This document shows, in pieces, positions 22,900 to 33,799 of a DNA stretch of 64,000 bases. This DNA is from Yuukianura sp. NJ FZ-2021. Its lineage: Eukaryota. The stretch lies in the NCBI GenBank assembly GCA_046563655.1, contig CM102283.1:124001-188000 (forward strand), in the 5' to 3' direction. A program made the position numbers and the translations under genes. The notes beneath the pieces are model-generated. The model saw only the letters and a list, made by a program, of their open reading frames with translations, ran no database searches and was not told where the DNA came from. How positions within the stretch are numbered: position 1 is the stretch's first letter; each line of letters starts with the position of its first letter.

Positions 22900-23086
22900 A
22901 TCTCAAACAAATGCTAGAAAGTAAGTAGTATTATGAACTTGAATGTCTCTTTTCTTTAAAATAAACTCGTAAAAAACATCGTCTCGACAAATACAACAAT
23001 TAATCTTTTAAATTACTAATTCAAGTTCCAGACGAAACTTGTTGCGGAGTACTGCCGTCTATTACAACAGAACAACATGCTAACCA

Positions 23087-23314
23087 GCACCGCATATTCA
23101 CAGGTACCACATGGTAAAGTGGCACCGCTCATTCATACGCACCGCATGTTAAAGTAGCACCGCATGTTAAAGTAGCACCGCATGTTAAAATGGCACCGCA
23201 TGATAGAATGGCACCGCTAATTCATAGGCACCGCATGTCAAAGAGGCACCGTATGTTAGATAGCACCGTATACTAGATGGCACCGTACGTTAGATGGCAC
23301 CGCATGTTGGAAAA
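23087..23314 (+). repeat. Tandem array of ~13 units of 17-18 bp, each starting GCACCG or a close variant
   Basis: gcaccgcatgttaaagta-type units with a conserved head and variable tail. Confidence 0.92.
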
Positions 23315-23971
23315 GCAACACGTCTGAGCTTCGGAACAAGAAATGGAACATGACATCACCACATCTCAAAAACTTTCAATACATATTCAATTCCAGCCAT
23401 CTACAGTAAAATCTCCCCATACTTTAAAAACATTCCCCACAGAAGCAAAAACGCCCCCTCCCCCGCTTTTATTAATAATAATTTAGGACATCTGTCATAC
23501 GGGCTCCACACGTGAAATATGCTAAACTTGTTATAACGGCTCCTTTTGTTATAACGGCTCCACCTGATGAAGGGGTTCCATTCGCTACGAGATATATCAC
23601 TCACAATCCAAAAAAACTGAACCAACCACAGCGCCATCTACAACTCTATGACGAAAGCATGAGAAAACGGACAAAAAACGTTTTTCCAAACTCGCGCCAA
23701 AATGACCAGAAAAAAACGTTTTCTAAATTTCCCACCAAAAAAGTTCTAAACTCCTCCCCTCCCAACCAATCACAAACTGCGTCAACAACGTCCGAAAAAG
23801 GACGCCACACCATTCCGCTATCCACACGAGAGCGGCGGCGGCCGACGGCGACGGGGGGGGGGGTAAGGAAAAGAACATAATGACACAAGGGGATGAAACA
23901 ATAAGTATTGATCGATCCAGAAAAATCAATAATAGGAAGCGGATGATTCGCATTGTCTACTAACTCTTCTA

Positions 23972-25395
23972 CGAAAGAGTGGAATTCCAGAACCGTGGAA
24001 GTCCTCACGTTCATGCCATGTTCTGGCTCTCCGACGCACCAACCTTCAACTCGGAGAATGCTTGTCATGATGACATGACGACTTTTATCGACAGTATGAT
24101 AACATGGGGTACAGACTACCCTCCGGAGGATCCAATCACTGGTCTACTATCTCTCCAGACTCATCGCTTGCCACACTTGCACTTCCACAGACACTTGCCA
24201 CAAGCGAACAAACAAGGGAGTCAAATGTCGTTTTGGTATACCCTTCTTTCCAATGGATAAAACTCGGATCCTTGTACTTCTGGAAGACACAGCACAACTC
24301 AAGGATCTCAAGTTATTACACAAAACTATTCGAGATTTTTTGGAAAATCAAGTTCTAGACACCGGAATGTCATTCGAAGCATTTCTGGAAGCAATAGGTT
24401 GCGATCTTCACTTGTATCTAAAAGTGATTCAGACGAAATTGAAGAAGCCACATGTGCTTTTGAGACGTAAACCCAACGAAGTCTATATTAACGCCTACAA
24501 TGAGAAGATTTTACGGCTACAAAAGCCAAACATGGACATTCAATTTATTCTGGATCCGTACGCATGCTGCAGTTACATCGTCGACTACATCAATAAGAGC
24601 AATCGAGGGCTTTCGGAGCTGTTGCGGAACGTGGTAGAGGAAGTGAAGAAAGGTAATGCGCCTCTGAAAGACAGTCGACAAGCTATTGGAGCGGCTCATA
24701 ACTTGAACAGCGAACTTTCGGCCCAGGAGGCAGCTTACAATGTTCTGCAAATGCCAATGAGCTACTCTTCAGAAAAATGCGTTTTTGTACAAACCGGACC
24801 GGCCAGCCATCGTACAAGAATGTTGAAGTCGCAAGCGGATCTGTCACAATTGGATCCAGATGACCAAGATATTTTCTTCAACAGTCCGACGGACCACTAT
24901 TCTCAGTACCCAATTGAATTAGAGTCATTCAATCTTGCTCAGTTCTCTGCTTGGTTTGAGCTCTCAAAAACATTGAGGCGACCCGTAGCCGAACCGAACG
25001 AGGAAACAGAAACTCTTGTGGCTGAAGAAACTGGATCAGATGTTTACAAGCTGCGCGACGGGTCAGGGTATGTTCGCAAGAGGAAATTCCCAAAAGTAAT
25101 TCGATTTGTCCGTTACAACAAGGAAAAGGATCCAGACAACTTCTTCGGAGAACTCCTGATGCTATACAAACCCTGGAGGGACGAAGGGAAAGAGTGTGGG
25201 GAAGATACGGACTGTCAGAAAATTGTTGCTGAAAATATTGACTTGATAACCAGCAACAGAAAGGAGTTTAATTTTTTTGACCACTGCATACTTGATGCTG
25301 CCATGGAAGAGGTACTGACAAGACCAAAAGGAGGTGAAGTTGAATTGGATGAAAACCAGCCTTCCGTGGATGAGCTGCGTGAGTATCGACTGTAA
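23972..25395 (+). pseudogene. Helentron Rep (HUH motif 2 onward), frameshifted
   Basis: VEFQNRGSPHVHAMFW; NMDIQFILDPYACCSYIVDYINKS; SAQEAAY; LMLYKPWR. Confidence 0.92.
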
Positions 25396-26278
25396 GATGC
25401 ATCTGGAGCTAACGCGGTTTATTTCGGTTCATACGAAAGACGGGCATTCGCAGAAAGTTTCAAGACTCCAGCGTTGACCACCGATGATGAATACTGGTCG
25501 CTGCTAGCTTCTTTGAATGACGAACAGCGAGACTTGGTTTACCACACTTTTGATCACGTAAAGAGACATGAAAGCTCGGCATTTCACATCTACTTAAAGG
25601 GAGGAGCGGGTGTCGGAAAATCCCATGTCATCAAAACGCTGCATCAGGGATTGGTCAGAATTCATAACTCTGATGTGAATTGTAAACCCGACAAAATCTC
25701 TGTCCTTCTGGTGGCTCCAACTGGGAAAGCGGCCTTCAACATTGGAGGCTCCACTCTTCACACAGCATTTCAGTTACCTGTGAACCAACGCGAAGCTGGG
25801 ACCCTTTCGGCTGATGTGTCCAATACGATGGCTGCAGCTTATTCGGAACTGAAGGCATCACTCTCATATGTGCTTCTCATTGTTAAATGATGGTAATTGG
25901 AATTATTAATCTTTAGATCGTTATCTGTGATGAGATTAGTATGGTGGGAGAACATTTACTGGAACAAGTTGACAAGCGCCTGCGTGATCTGTTTACCGCA
26001 CATATACCTTTTGGCGGCATATCCTTCATTGCAGTCGGAGATTTCTATCAGCTACCGCCAGTTTTGGCTGTCCCGTTGACGCATGTGACAATGAGGAATG
26101 CTATTTCTTCATTATTCCATCGGCATCTCTGGCATCACTTTTATGTGCACGAGTTGACCATAATCTTGCTCCAAAGTGAAGATATCGCCTTTGCTGTGGC
26201 CCTCAACAACAAGGTCAGGGGAATAATGACTGATACAGATAAGGAACTGATGCGGAGCCCCTGCTTCGACACTCTGCC
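25396..26278 (+). pseudogene. Helentron Pif1-family helicase, N-terminal part (intron 25855-25916 with GC donor)
   Basis: GGAGVGKS Walker A; APTGKAA; spliced ELK|IVICDEISMV Walker B; PFGG; GDFYQLPPV. Confidence 0.92.
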
Positions 26279-26664
26279 AGTAGGTAGTATGGTAGGACTT
26301 TCACGCCAAATCAACCTTTGGACCCATAAGGTTTAAAACCCACTGGCGTGAGATCCTTATGACTAGACTAATTAAGACTTCCTTTTCTTAATTAACACTT
26401 CCTTTTCTTAAGACCAATTAAGACTTCTAAGACTAATTAACGCTTCCTGCTATTTAATTAGTACCTTTGTCCGTTGACAATATGAGGCGGAGGAACACGA
26501 AAAAAGGTGGGATTCCTGGGTAACCAATTCTGTTTGGGGGTTGGCTTTTGCTAGGGGGTCGGCAGATGTAGAGGCTATATTTAACCACCAAATTTTACGG
26601 AGACCTTCAGTCTCTGCACAACTCCTCAACAGTCCTATTGTCCTAAACAGTTGCTATTGTTATA

Positions 26665-29496
26665 ATGTCGAAGCGCCAAGGAACACCAATTGTTGGGCCA
26701 TCTAGTAAACAATTTAATTGCATACTGTGCGCTCAAGGGTTTGCTTCTCGAGCAATATTAAAACTACATTTCGACGCTGTCCATAAAAACTGTCTTGAAC
26801 CAGCACCGCCGGGTTACGATGTCACAAATGAGAGTATTCTACAAGAATATCGCCACTTGTTCTGTTGGCAATGTGGTATACCATTTAATTGTCGGACTAA
26901 ACTTCAAGAACATTTCTACACCACTCATCCAGACTTTAACATTCAAGATGGCGGAGGAATTTCAACCAATCCTATATCTGTGACTTTAGTGCTGGAATCT
27001 CTAAAAATGAGTCGCAAGTACATGGCAGACTTTGATACATTTCCATGTGGTGAAGGTGTCGACGAGAGAGATTTCTTCGCAAATGTTAAATTATCATCCT
27101 ATGAAGTCATCAATGAAGACATCTCCAGATGGAAGAACTTAAGGATATTTTTTACCTTGGGGTGTCACTTCACCAAAACGCACGCAGATGGAACGGTTGA
27201 ATCAAAGGATGTCGGATTCACCTCATTTCGACACCTTGTCTTCAATGCAACCATGCTACCTAAAGTTTGGTCAGTCATGTGCAGTCAAATGTCAGATCAA
27301 ATTGAAGATTTCACAAATGAGGGCAGCGGCTGGACTCTCGACTCCATTCAAAAATTTGGATTTGTCACATCAAAGTATCAATTCACCAAGATTGGTACAT
27401 ACATGGAGAGGGAGACCCCGTACCCACTATCGACTCAAAAAGTTCTGCTTAACATCAACAACAGCAAAGTGTCAATGGACAATTCCCACAACAAATGCTT
27501 CGTCTGGTCAATACTCGCGCATGACAAAATCGGTGGTATTCCGGTTGGAAAAAATAACCATAGGTGTCGTATTGACAAGCTTGTGAAAACATACCAGCCA
27601 AATGAATACAAGTTGAACACTAAAGGAATCCATTTTCCGATGACTCTGGAACTCAACCCGAACATTTCTATAACCGTTCTTGGGTATGACATGGATGGTG
27701 ATGACATGATTTTACAGAAGCTCAGCAAAATTGAATCATTCAATTTTATACAAAGCAAGATCTCAATACTGTACAACTCCAAGCAGTCAAAAGATTTACA
27801 TGTGGACCTCAGGAGTGGAATTGGAGCTAATCACGGATCCAACCATGCATTGCTGGCTGGAGCATGCTATTAGAGGTAAAACCTAGCAGACAAATGGTAG
27901 AGATTTTCTAATTCATTTTATTGATAGGTGGATACGTTAGCGTTGGATCCATGCGAGAGGCTAGAGCGAACAACAAGTACATGGGAGATGAATACGATCC
28001 AGAAAAGGAATCCAGTTACCTCATCTACATCGATGCCAACAACTTATATGTACGTATTCAACAACGTCTATGAAAGATTATTATCTAAAATTTAATTATT
28101 CACTAGGGCAAAAGCATGAGTCTTCCGGTTCCAACTGGTCAGTTCCAATGGCTAACAGAGAAGGAGTTGATGAAACTTCAAGAAAACCACTTCATCATGG
28201 ACAATGAAAAAGGATACATGCTTGAAGTGGATTTGGAAATTGATCCTTCATTGCATGACAAGCTGAATGATTTTCCTCCGGCTCCAGTTAACCGTACAGC
28301 TGCAGAGAGTGAGTTGTCCAGTCACCAATTACAATTGACGGAAAAACTCGACATAGGTCCTGGAATTTTCAAAGTTAAGAAACTTGTGGCTGATCTGAAT
28401 AATAAGAAGAACTATATTCTACATCACGCCATTTTGATGGAGTACCTGAAGCTTGGAGTTAAAGTTACAAAACTTCACCGCGGAATTTCCTTCAAGCAGA
28501 GACCATGGATGAAGGACTTTATCGACTTTAACACCGAAATGAGAAAAAAGGCAAAGTCAGACTTTGAAAAGGATTATTGGAAACTCCTCAACAATTCTGC
28601 ATTTGGTAAAACAATCGAACAAGTACGCAAGGGTCAGAATGTCCGAATCGTTACATCAATGGAAGAAGCTCTACGTTACAACAAGAAACCCACCGTCCAG
28701 AATGTCATCCCAATTAACGAGTCAACATGCATCTTTATGATGAAGAGACTTCAAGTTACTTTGAACAAACCGATATTTACGGGGGTAACAGTGCTTGAAC
28801 TGGCGAAGAGCATCATGTATCGACATCACTACACTATACAGGCGAAATATGGCGTCGACAAGTGTCGCCTTATTTATACTGACACAGGTAAATGTTATAC
28901 TATTCAACAATTTAACTTTAACCTAAAGCTAACTTTTTATTTCAGATTCCTTCATCTATCACATCCAAACTGATGACGTTTATCAAGACATGCTCCAAGA
29001 CAAGGACTTGTATGACATGAGCGAATATGAATCTGATCACCCCATTTTCGGAGAGTTTCACGATCCCACAAACAAAAAAGTTTTGGGAAAATTCAAAGAT
29101 GAGGCTGCCGGTTCGGTAGTCACTCATGTCGTTTGTCCTCGTCCAAAAATGTACACCATTAGGTCCTTGAAACTTCAAGTTTACAAAGGATTTGATGGAA
29201 AAAATATTTACCAAAAGAAGACTGATGGTAGCTGGTTTATCAAAGACGAATACACGAAGAAGGTCAAAGGGATAACTAAAACTGCTGTCAACAACCAAAT
29301 AGCATATGAAGATTTCGAGAAAGTCCTTAAAGAAGATGTTCAAACTCGTGTATGGATGAGAGGATTTAGAAGTGTAGAGCATAGAATTTTTACAGAAGTA
29401 ACGTTAAAAAGGGCTCTGAACGGTTTAGATACCAAACGATATGGTGTTGATAGAATTAACACATTAGCATTTGGACATAGAGATATTTCTCAATAA
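26665..29496 (+). pseudogene. polB: Intron-containing Polinton-type pPolB with two N-terminal C2H2 fingers; exonuclease region deleted at ~27808
   Basis: GSGW and KCFVWSIL N-terminal motifs. Introns 27876-27927, 28050-28106 and 28888-28945 restore IRG|GY, YIDANNLY|GKSM and YTDT|DSF. Also KLLNNSAFGKT, RPKMY, KKVKGI, TLAFGH. Confidence 0.92.
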
Positions 29497-29551
29497 TTTA
29501 TTTTGACTTGTGTGAAAAAATGTTAGGTTGTAAACTGAAAACAATAAATGT

Positions 29552-29989
29552 TTATAAAACCATTTTGTTCAGCATTTTTAAAAATTCTGCTTTGTTAATA
29601 TTGATTACATTTCTTATTCCGGCTTTTACAACGGCTATTAAATAATATAATTGACTTGAATCCAACTTGTCGGATGATTCCTCTTCATCGTCATCTGAAT
29701 CAGAATCAGAATCGTCTGCGCCTTCCACAAGCTTGCGTAAGCTCTCCAAAGTCAGCCATTGAACTCCAACATCTGCATTGTGTAGCGCAAGAAGGATTAA
29801 CGATAAGCTGGATTTACTCATGCCGGAATGTGCCTTAGAGTCATCTTCTTCTTCAGTTTCCGTTTCTGCTTCAGTTTCCGTTTCTGAGTCAGAATCCATA
29901 GCTTCGTCTGAATGAGCAACACGATTATGTCGATGTAATGCGTCAGCGCGGGAAAATGACTTGGAACAAATGTCACAGTAAACCGGCAT
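29552..29989 (-). CDS. Small C2H2 zinc-finger protein with acidic tracts
   Basis: CDICSKSFSRADALHRHNRVAH followed by D/E-rich runs. Confidence 0.75.
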   Translation of the reverse strand: MPVYCDICSKSFSRADALHRHNRVAHSDEAMDSDSETETEAETETEEEDDSKAHSGMSKSSLSLILLALHNADVGVQWLTLESLRKLVEGADDSDSDSDDDEEESSDKLDSSQLYYLIAVVKAGIRNVININKAEFLKMLNKMVL

Positions 29990-30029
29990 GATGTACAAAT
30001 GCAACTGAACATTTTTTTTCCCGATTGCA

Positions 30030-30190
30030 ACGGTTTTATAGTGGTGGTGGTGGTGGTGGTACCTCCTCCTCCTCCTCCTCCTCCTCCTCCTCCTCCTCCT
30101 CCTCCTCCCTCCTCATCTCCTCCTCCTCCTCCTCCTCCTCCTCCTCCTCCTCCACGTAGGCTTATCAGGTGGTGGTGGTGTATATAAAGC
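30030..30190. promoter_or_regulatory. Putative bidirectional promoter: (CCT)n microsatellite flanked by (GGT)n and outward-facing TATA boxes
   Basis: TATAAAA on the minus strand at ~30033-30039 and TATATAAA on the plus strand at 30181-30188, between two divergent zinc-finger ORFs. Confidence 0.55.
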
Positions 30191-30257
30191 GTTGGTGTGA
30201 TGAGGGAGGTAAGCCACTTCTGTCCCTCATCTTTTGTGTTCCAGCATTCACAACAGT

Positions 30258-31020
30258 ATGGATTGTAGTGTTTGCAACAGTTCGTTCACACGTTCGGATA
30301 ACCTTAAACGCCATGTATATACTGCACATAAGCAAACCGATGATACTACATCGGATCATGATACCACAGCGGAACGTGATGAGTGTTTTGATTATAGGCT
30401 AAAGGCGCCATTCTGCATGACAATTAGCGGAGCAAGCCAAAGTGGAAAGTCGACGGTTCTTAAGGAATTACTCCTTCGACGTTTTGAAATGGTGGATGTT
30501 CCGATTAATGATATTCTGTATTGTTATGGGGAGCCAGAGAATGAATTTTTCAGGATCTGAAAAGTCACATCCCAACAATTAAATTTCACTACGGATTACC
30601 AGACGACTTTGCGAGCCCTACAACACTCATCGAATCGTCGTACTTGACGATCTTATGCATGAAGTTTGTGCTAGTAAGGATATCGTCTCAGCATTTACTA
30701 GAACGAGCCACCACAGGAATGTGAGCATAATTTTCGTCACCCAAAACTTTTTCGAGAAAGGACAACGAACGATAACAACAAATTGCCAGTATATTTGTTT
30801 CACAAAAAATCCTCGAGAAGTCTCTCAAGTTCTCTGCTTTGGACGTCAGCTAACAAAAAACGGAAAACGTAACGAAGCTCTGGAAACGTGCTATGAAGAC
30901 GTTATGAAAAAGCCGTATGGTCATGTATTTATCGACCTGCACCAATCCCAGGATGATAGGTTTAGAATCCGTAATAATATATTTCCCGATGTCGGATGTA
31001 CTGTGTACAGAAATAATTGA
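30258..31020 (+). pseudogene. C2H2 finger fused to A32-like packaging ATPase, frameshifted at ~30550-30630
   Basis: MDCSVCNSSFTRSDNLKRHVYTAH; Walker A GASQSGKS (30429-30452); Walker B IVVLDDLM; SHHRNVSIIFVTQNFF; KNPRE. Confidence 0.88.
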
Positions 31021-31095
31021 AATAATTCTTAAAATATAATAAATACATAAATAAATCAGAAATAATACATTTTATTTGACTTGAATAAAGACCGT

Positions 31096-31806
31096 CTAGC
31101 AATCTCTTTTGCCATGAAAAGTAATTTTCCAGATTATGTCACTGGAATATTTCTCTAGTCGAATACTCTCAAGTACAGCAAGTTCTCTCTTACCATAGAA
31201 ACTATCTATTCCCCATTTCCATCTGTTAATTTCCATTTGCTGGTGCTTAGTAACGTCCAATACATGTTGACTGTAGTTTGATGTATTAATTGCTGTGCAG
31301 CAACAGTTGAACTCGCCAAAAATGCTCCTGCAAGGATCAATATCCAATTTGTTGTGACAGGATCGGAACGCCTCATTGCGGAGTTTCTCGATGTAGCTGC
31401 GTTTAGTTTCATGAATCAGCATGTCCAAAGATTCCTCCAAATATGTGATAGGAAAACATCCACATTTTAGAAGTGACTCAACCAGCTGAGGAATATGGTC
31501 TAAATCGATCATAACGGGCGCGCCGCTTCGGATAAGGATGACACGAAATGATGCGTCCTTGATAAAATGAATCAGCAGTAGTGGTTCATCCGGCGAGTAT
31601 TCCTTTGGTGGATTACTACGGTTCTGCAATAACAGCTTCTCAAAATGTGGAAGATGCTTAATCATCCTTCCTTCTTCAATATATGCTTTGACTAGTTCTT
31701 CTACAACGGTTGGTAGCTCCTCGGATAAGAACATAATTGAATTTCCAGAATTCTTGACGCCAATAAGACCCTTGCTTAGATGGACTTCCGGTAGGCTTAC
31801 GTCCAT
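31096..31806 (-). CDS. Unknown protein, element C paralogue family member 1
   Basis: 236 aa ORF; LLLIHF...VILIRSG.PVMIDLDHIPQLVESL weakly resembles the two ORFs below. Confidence 0.65.
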   Translation of the reverse strand: MDVSLPEVHLSKGLIGVKNSGNSIMFLSEELPTVVEELVKAYIEEGRMIKHLPHFEKLLLQNRSNPPKEYSPDEPLLLIHFIKDASFRVILIRSGAPVMIDLDHIPQLVESLLKCGCFPITYLEESLDMLIHETKRSYIEKLRNEAFRSCHNKLDIDPCRSIFGEFNCCCTAINTSNYSQHVLDVTKHQQMEINRWKWGIDSFYGKRELAVLESIRLEKYSSDIIWKITFHGKRDC

Positions 31807-32489
31807 TCTTGGAAAATGTGTAAGAGCAATAGTAACAAATTTAGGACAATAGTAAAACTAATGATGGTGGAACTGTGTAGGTGGCACTGGGGTCTCCCAC
31901 AAATGTGGACAGCATTAAATCTCTGTTCGTTAAAAAGGTATTGGTCCAAAAAACGTTTTTGTACAAGAGCCAATCATATACAATTTGTTGGAGGCGAGGG
32001 AGTTAACTCCACCCAATGTTAACGGACAAAAAAAAATGAATTAGTTCAGTTTTAACTGGAAGTCTTAATTAGTCTGAAGAAGGAGCTGTTTTGACGTGAC
32101 GGTCAGTTTAATTTAGCTTAACATGGAGGCACTTTCGTACTCAACCGGTATTGATCATCCCTAAAAACGCCAATAAAGTTTTGAAAAATGAACCATGTAT
32201 TATCTTACATTTAAATTCCAGATTCTAACCAACCGCCTTATCCATATACTTTCTCTTTAGTAATCAAACAAAAATAAATGTGTACGACAGAAAATCCAAG
32301 AAAATTGTTTCATTAAATTCACTCCTCTCGAGGTCCTATGATCCAATAAGAAATTATTGTGATATAAATTGTATTGTTTATAGACACGTGGATATTTTTT
32401 TTTTTAATTACATCTAAACAGGATAGAGTAAAAGAATTATTGTAGTGTATAAGAAATACTGGTGAATCGTCTTGAGTGCAAGAGTCTTC

Positions 32490-32951
32490 CTATTTTGATT
32501 TGTTGTAGACAATAGTCTCATAAACAGTTTCAAGATATTCGGGCTTGGTGTCTTGTCCGTCAGTAGCCTCAGCGTCTTGTGGCATTTCCTGCATTTCCTG
32601 TAGGTCTTGTTTTACCTGCCATGCGTGAGGAGTCGACTTGTCGCGACAACTCCAGAATGTCCGGGAGGCTGAAGTGGCATATTCATGCTTCAGCGTCATG
32701 AGATGCTGTTCCGTGTCGTGTGTAATCTGCATGAGTGGCAACTCTCTCGAATCACCGCCATTCTCCATGTAAATCTGGAAGAGGTATCCGATGAGTTTCG
32801 GCACATCTTCAAAGTCAATGGCGGTAGCGCTCCTGTTTTGTCGTATATTGATCGCCTTGTCTTCGCCACGTTTGCTAAACCAGCACAATAATAGCTTGTC
32901 GTTCACTGGCCGAGGTCTAGTTTGCCGGCTGATAGATTTCCTTGAGGCCAT
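32490..32951 (-). CDS. Unknown protein, element C paralogue family member 2
   Basis: KAINIRQNRSATAIDFEDVPKLIGYLFQIYMENGGDSRELPLM. Confidence 0.7.
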   Translation of the reverse strand: MASRKSISRQTRPRPVNDKLLLCWFSKRGEDKAINIRQNRSATAIDFEDVPKLIGYLFQIYMENGGDSRELPLMQITHDTEQHLMTLKHEYATSASRTFWSCRDKSTPHAWQVKQDLQEMQEMPQDAEATDGQDTKPEYLETVYETIVYNKSK

Positions 32952-33187
32952 TGTTTGAAACTTAACAGCGAAAATGGCAGTATTGAGCAGAGTGTGGATG
33001 TCGTTGTCCTGGTTTCCAGTTGCAGACTACAGTGATGTAGTCTACGTAGTCTACGCCGATGTTTCTGACCAACTGAATTTGTATGGACCCCAAGGTATGT
33101 ATGGCTCATTCCGAGTGTACTACTAGACTAGTGTACAATTTTACAAATACAATTCTAGTAAAATGTAGAAATACTTTTATTGTAGTT

Positions 33188-33799
33188 TAAAAAGGAAGTC
33201 TGAATTCTAAATCTGGGTCTTCGTATACTGTAAACGTTTGATACAGGACATTCTCTCCGAGTGCTCGTTGTCGCTTTCTTACTTGTCGCCATGCTACAGT
33301 TGGAGTGGCTGTCGTACCATTTTCCGAATCAAGTTTATAGTCGGTCGATTTATCGCCACGCCAAGATCAATTCTCCGTAGAAGAACTCTATTGGTTCTTC
33401 TTTTATGTCCTCTTCTGATTCTTCTGGAATCGTCTTCCAGTGGTTAATGTCCACGCCATACTTGTTTCGAATCGAAAGAAGCGTGCTGTTTTTTTGGCGA
33501 TAGACTTTCATTCTGGGCAGTTCCTTTACCTTTCCGCCGTTTCGAAGATAGACGTGAAACAGATTGGCAATGAGCCCTGGGATCGATTGAAAATCCACCG
33601 CGGCAGTCGTATCGTGTTGTTTAATATAGACTGCTTTCAACTCCTTTGGACCCCACTTTCCCAAGAAACAATCCAAAGGTTCTGGAAACTTTGGCATTCG
33701 CTTTCTCAGTTGCTTATAACTTGGCCATTCGAACCCTTCTGGGAATGTAATACTGCACGGACACTGGTCAGACTTGATGCTACTAGGCGGAATTTCCAT
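33188..33799 (-). CDS. Unknown protein, element C paralogue family member 3 (ORF 33350-33799; probable frameshifted tail to ~33188)
   Basis: KAVYIKQHDTTAAVDFQSIPGLIANLFHVYLRNGGKVKELPRM. The shifted tail TPTVAWRQV...TVYE resembles the member 2 tail TPHAWQV...TVYE. Confidence 0.65.

Larger units (their letters stand above)
17532..23965. mobile_element. Element B: 6.4-kb Polinton-like element with only a membrane-protein gene and pPolB
   Basis: TIRs of ~420 bp (17532-~17952 and ~23549-23965) starting AGTTAGTAGACAATGCG. 6-bp TSD CTTCTA at 17526-17531 and 23966-23971. Removing the element restores Rep HFYERVEFQNRGSPHVH. Confidence 0.92.

Noticed and set aside
23087-23314. CRISPR-like appearance of the GCACCG array
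   Set aside because: Units are only 17-18 bp, the variable parts are homologous to each other, there are no cas genes, and the context is eukaryotic.
17532-23965. Element B as an endogenous bidnavirus segment (similar size, TIRs, pPolB)
   Set aside because: No parvovirus-like capsid or SF3 helicase ORF is seen, and the AGT termini with a 6-bp TSD point to a Polinton-type integrase.
29999-30187. Poly-proline ORF
   Set aside because: Translation of the (CCT)n microsatellite.
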